Below the pieces are notes generated by a model. That model had not been told where the DNA came from. It ran no database searches and saw nothing but the letters and a program-made list of their open reading frames with translations. A stretch of DNA of 58,031 bases. Origin: a virus. Taxonomy: Duplodnaviria; Caudoviricetes. A program made the translations under genes and the position numbers. The first letter of the stretch is position 1. Each line of letters opens with the position of its first letter. This document shows positions 54,708-58,031 of this stretch, piece after piece. The DNA lies in IMG/VR virus record IMGVR_UViG_3300022074_000043, positions 1-58,031 of that record. One strand, 5' to 3'.

Positions 54708-55751
54708 CTATAACTCCGCATCCGCTGTGACGTGTCCTAGCCAGTACCTACCTGCCCCTGTCTGATTACAGCTTTTGTACACATTCACGCCGTTCTTACC
54801 ACTTTGTTGAAAAGCCGCAGATGTCGAAGGAAATCCGCTACTTGCCCACTCAGTCCAAGTGTAAGTTGGTGTGGCTCTCATTTCTGTGGCGTGTTTGAAG
54901 GGAACATGGTAGTTGACACCTGAAGTAGCATCACAGGTCGTTCCTGCTGTATTGCCGTCAGTTGCTTTTTCATAATACCGATGACACCTAGCCAACTCAT
55001 CGCCATAGCTACGATGCTCAAACGGCGTGGCTGTCTCGCCTACTTCTAGCTGGATGCCTGTAATAAAGAAGGTGCGACTTGTGCTGTCAAAAAAAGATGT
55101 TGCACTTGAGTATACCCTGTTTCCGCTAGTTCTCGTTGCCCAAGTGTTACTAGCAAATGTTCCGTCAGTGAAGTCTGAACCTGCATGAAGCCAAATACCA
55201 AATTGAAAACTTCCAGCATTATCATCGTCTAACGCGCCAGTTGTATCTGGCACAAAAGTTAACGATACCTTGTTCCAAGAAGTTGTAACGTCAAATGTCT
55301 GTGTGTTAATTCTATCGTTATCATTATCTTTCATTTCAACTGTATAGGTTGCGCTTGCATTACCTTTTACATAAAAAGAAAGAGTAAGTGATTCTGCACT
55401 ACTTGTTCCCTTTTTTAAATGCTGTAAGTTTTGCCCTTCAAGAATTTGAATAATCCCAAAATTCTCACCTGCGGCAATAGTTGTGTCTGCTGTGGTACAC
55501 TCAAATTTTAAGGAATTTGCAAAACCGTCAGGGCCATCAGCTACTTGTGACATAGTTGCGCGACCTGCGGTGCTACCTGTAAAAACTTGGAATCTATCTA
55601 CAGTAAAATATCCGTTTGCCGAACCCACTCCTGTACTACTCGTACCCCTCTGCGCCACCTGCATCGCACCATTGATGATGAGGTTGCGACCTGTCAGGCC
55701 ACCAGCATCTGCGCTACCACCTAAATCGGCTATGTCTCTGGCTCTGCTCAT
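54708..55751 (-). CDS. Tail fibre protein with carbohydrate-binding-like domain
   Basis: RNLIING.MQVAQRGT, VDRF, TLSFYVK, TG.QLEVG..ATPFEHRSYGDELARC.RYY, MRA.PT. Confidence 0.75.
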   Translation of the reverse strand: MSRARDIADLGGSADAGGLTGRNLIINGAMQVAQRGTSSTGVGSANGYFTVDRFQVFTGSTAGRATMSQVADGPDGFANSLKFECTTADTTIAAGENFGIIQILEGQNLQHLKKGTSSAESLTLSFYVKGNASATYTVEMKDNDNDRINTQTFDVTTSWNKVSLTFVPDTTGALDDDNAGSFQFGIWLHAGSDFTDGTFASNTWATRTSGNRVYSSATSFFDSTSRTFFITGIQLEVGETATPFEHRSYGDELARCHRYYEKATDGNTAGTTCDATSGVNYHVPFKHATEMRATPTYTWTEWASSGFPSTSAAFQQSGKNGVNVYKSCNQTGAGRYWLGHVTADAEL

Positions 55752-55755
55752 ATCG

Positions 55756-56247
55756 TTATCCTAAATGTGTGAATGTGACGTGTGAGTAAACAGAGGCAGT
55801 GTAAACATCATGGGCATTGTCCCTCTGAATGAATTTAAGAGTGTCATTTGCGTTAAGCAGAGCAGTTAGCGAACCGTGCCAACCACGTTCGTTGTGATTG
55901 AAGAACCTTTGGTAGAGAACGCCGTTTTTCAATAATTGGAAATCTGAACTTGTTGCGGTTGCAATTAATACTGAGAACGAGGCAAAGTAGACACCTCCTA
56001 CTGGAGCGGTGAATAACCCTGTACTAGTGTTGTAGTAGGAACTCGCGTTTCCATCGCCATCTTCCGCAATGACAGACATAGGCAATCCATCATTAGCGTT
56101 ATTGTCATGATAAGCTGCCGTTTCATCACCTATCGCACGAACATGTATGCGCTTTGGCATAATCACACGCCCACTGCTATCAATCGTCAGCGCGTTGTTG
56201 CTGTTCGTTGGATCTTGGATCTCACTGACTTTTAAGATGCTGGTCAT
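55756..56247 (-). CDS. Short fibre-tip protein with C1q-like domain
   Basis: MTSILKVSEI; YNTSTG.FTAPV.GVY..S, L..NDT. Confidence 0.65.
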   Translation of the reverse strand: MTSILKVSEIQDPTNSNNALTIDSSGRVIMPKRIHVRAIGDETAAYHDNNANDGLPMSVIAEDGDGNASSYYNTSTGLFTAPVGGVYFASFSVLIATATSSDFQLLKNGVLYQRFFNHNERGWHGSLTALLNANDTLKFIQRDNAHDVYTASVYSHVTFTHLG

Positions 56248-56252
56248 ATTTT

Positions 56253-56810
56253 TTACCCCGCTATCTCTGTTGCACTAATAAGAGAGATAAAACGCTCAAA
56301 CGCAGTGCTGTTTGTGTCACTGACTGTTCTGTTTAGGTAAAGTATAGGATTACCCCCCTGAGTGGTGTGCATACCTATTTTATATGTTATTTGAGATGTG
56401 GTGTTTGGTGTATCGTAATACTGAAAAGCAGCACTACCTTCCGCTGTACTAGAGGTGTCTGTCGAATTGTAGCTAGAAAAAAATAATGAAACGCCTACGT
56501 TTCTGTTTCCAGCAGTTGGGGCTGATAATTTAGTTGTGTCTCTAAAGAAAAACAAAACTGTTTGATAGATTCCGGCGTTGTTATTCCACTCACCGTTAAC
56601 CATGCCTTCCAACTTGATAACACTGCTCGATGATTGTGGTGTGATGTTCACAGTCAAGTCAGTAAGAACAACGTCTGTATTTGTTGTGCAAGTGATCGGA
56701 TTGGTGCCAGTAAACATCGTGTGTTGCGTTTGAATAATACCGCCTTGCGGCATAATAACCTTGTTGCCAACGGTTTTCGGAGCGATGTTGTCTACATAAA
56801 GGGTACTCAT
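56253..56810 (-). CDS. Short fibre-tip protein
   Basis: MSTLYVDNI; paralogue of 2087-2623 (ISATEIAG). Confidence 0.65.
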   Translation of the reverse strand: MSTLYVDNIAPKTVGNKVIMPQGGIIQTQHTMFTGTNPITCTTNTDVVLTDLTVNITPQSSSSVIKLEGMVNGEWNNNAGIYQTVLFFFRDTTKLSAPTAGNRNVGVSLFFSSYNSTDTSSTAEGSAAFQYYDTPNTTSQITYKIGMHTTQGGNPILYLNRTVSDTNSTAFERFISLISATEIAG

Positions 56811-56819
56811 ATCGTTATC

Positions 56820-57377
56820 CTACTGACTATCCGTGATGCGTTCAAACATAATTGATGTTCTATCATAATCAGTGTTACCTGCGATGTTACTCCCAGACCC
56901 CAAACTGGCAGTTTCAAGTCTGAATCTAAATGTTGATGCGTTTGTAACATTGACTAGAATACAACGGGTCATTGCACCACCGCCATTGGGGTCACTAGCA
57001 GTGCCTCTCATATTCAAATAACCCCTTCGGTCGTAGGTAGAACCGCTGTCTGCCGACACATCTACATCAACAGTTACAACCGTGTCGCTATTAGAGGTGA
57101 TGATTTCTACTTGAGGCGTTACTTTATACAAGCCGGTTTTGGGAAATGTAAAAACTCCACTACTTTCGGTCATACCTATCCCAGCATATGCAAAAGTAGC
57201 ATCGTCAGTTCTTTCCCAACCACTAATAGTTGCAAGGTCTGTAGTAAAGTTAGATGTCAGCCGCCAAGCGTCTATCTCGACCGTATTTGGCATACTGACC
57301 TGACCACTGCTATTAATAGTGATGCCTGTAGTCCCCGCCGCATTGTTAATTTGGTCTACATTTAATATCGAAGCCAT
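56820..57377 (-). CDS. Short fibre-tip protein
   Basis: MASILNVDQI; GMTESSGVFTFP.TGLY.V. Confidence 0.65.
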   Translation of the reverse strand: MASILNVDQINNAAGTTGITINSSGQVSMPNTVEIDAWRLTSNFTTDLATISGWERTDDATFAYAGIGMTESSGVFTFPKTGLYKVTPQVEIITSNSDTVVTVDVDVSADSGSTYDRRGYLNMRGTASDPNGGGAMTRCILVNVTNASTFRFRLETASLGSGSNIAGNTDYDRTSIMFERITDSQ

Positions 57378-57384
57378 CTGCGCC

Positions 57385-58031
57385 TCACAGTATCGTCAAG
57401 TTGCCACTGACCGTGATTGACGTAGATGTGTCAATCGTCAACGGTCCAATAGCCAAAGCATTTTTAGTTGAGCCAATAGTGGTATTCTCATTCACCGTCT
57501 GATTATTAGTACGGAAAACAGCCGTGTCTACCGTGGTGTTAGTCGTCTGAAACTGCGGCGCAGTTATCTCACCAACAAACGTACCGCCGCTAGCTTTGCT
57601 CACTGTATCAGTCACGCTAAATGCGCGGAAAGCACGAATGACAACCTCATCATTGAGCGCCGCGCCGCTGGCTAACGTAATCGTGGTGCCGCTGCTTGGT
57701 GTATAGTCTGTCGTATCCAGATGAATACCATTTAGATACACATCTACATCGTTGCCACTAAACGCCAAGATAGCGCCTGCGTTGTCCGCCCCGGTAAATA
57801 CTGTCTGACTAGCTGTTGCAATGTACTTATATACCTGCATTGCATAAGACAGGGGCTGGTCAACGGCGCGACCAAAGAAGCGCACAACAATCTCATCCGT
57901 GTTAGCTGGAGCTTCGGAAAAAGTCAGTGTGTTCGCGTAGGCCGTATATGAAGCGCTGCCCCCCGGTTCCTGAACCACGTTGCCCACAGTCACAAGTATA
58001 GCTTCGCCGCTGACTACATTCTGCGCCAGTG
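57385..58031 (-). CDS. Tail-fibre adaptor-like protein, 5'-partial
   Basis: Frame open to window end (LAQNVVSGEAILVTVGNVVQEPG); two beta repeats plus NALAIGPLT...LTIL C-terminus. Confidence 0.7.
   Translation of the reverse strand, partial: LAQNVVSGEAILVTVGNVVQEPGGSASYTAYANTLTFSEAPANTDEIVVRFFGRAVDQPLSYAMQVYKYIATASQTVFTGADNAGAILAFSGNDVDVYLNGIHLDTTDYTPSSGTTITLASGAALNDEVVIRAFRAFSVTDTVSKASGGTFVGEITAPQFQTTNTTVDTAVFRTNNQTVNENTTIGSTKNALAIGPLTIDTSTSITVSGNLTIL

Noticed and set aside
1-58031. Exact circular closure or terminal repeat
   Set aside because: Joining the ends would fuse two different genes in frame, the first lacking its stop and the second its N-terminus; no end overlap seen, so some sequence is probably missing

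Overview
This window is a near-complete (~58 kb) genome of a marine dsDNA tailed phage of podovirus-like architecture. It is opened inside the tail-fibre module, with partial ORFs at both ends that belong to the same minus-strand operon. The minus strand carries packaging and virion genes: TerL, portal, scaffold, GroES, major capsid, adaptors, an array of short tail-fibre paralogues, tail nozzle, ejection proteins and lysozyme. The plus strand carries small early genes and a replication module: SNF2 helicase, SSB-like protein, AEP primase, UvrD-like helicase and a Leu762-type PolA. From memory, capsid sequence and gene set resemble the HTVC023P/vSAG 37-F6-like marine alphaproteobacterial phages; this needs a database check. 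I saw no integrase, RNA polymerase, tRNA or CRISPR. The most notable unexplained structure is: (1) a ~110-nt, almost fully self-complementary, pseudoknot/switch-like RNA element between SSB and primase (34203-34314); (2) an opposite-strand island between terS and terL made of three promoter-gene-terminator cassettes separated by an identical 34-bp GC-rich repeat and CGCAG heptamers; (3) a shared xAxGG motif and FxGxF tail across many putative core/ejected proteins; (4) a modular adaptor-plus-tip fibre array. Several likely real short ORFs below the 60-aa track cut-off were added by hand translation.
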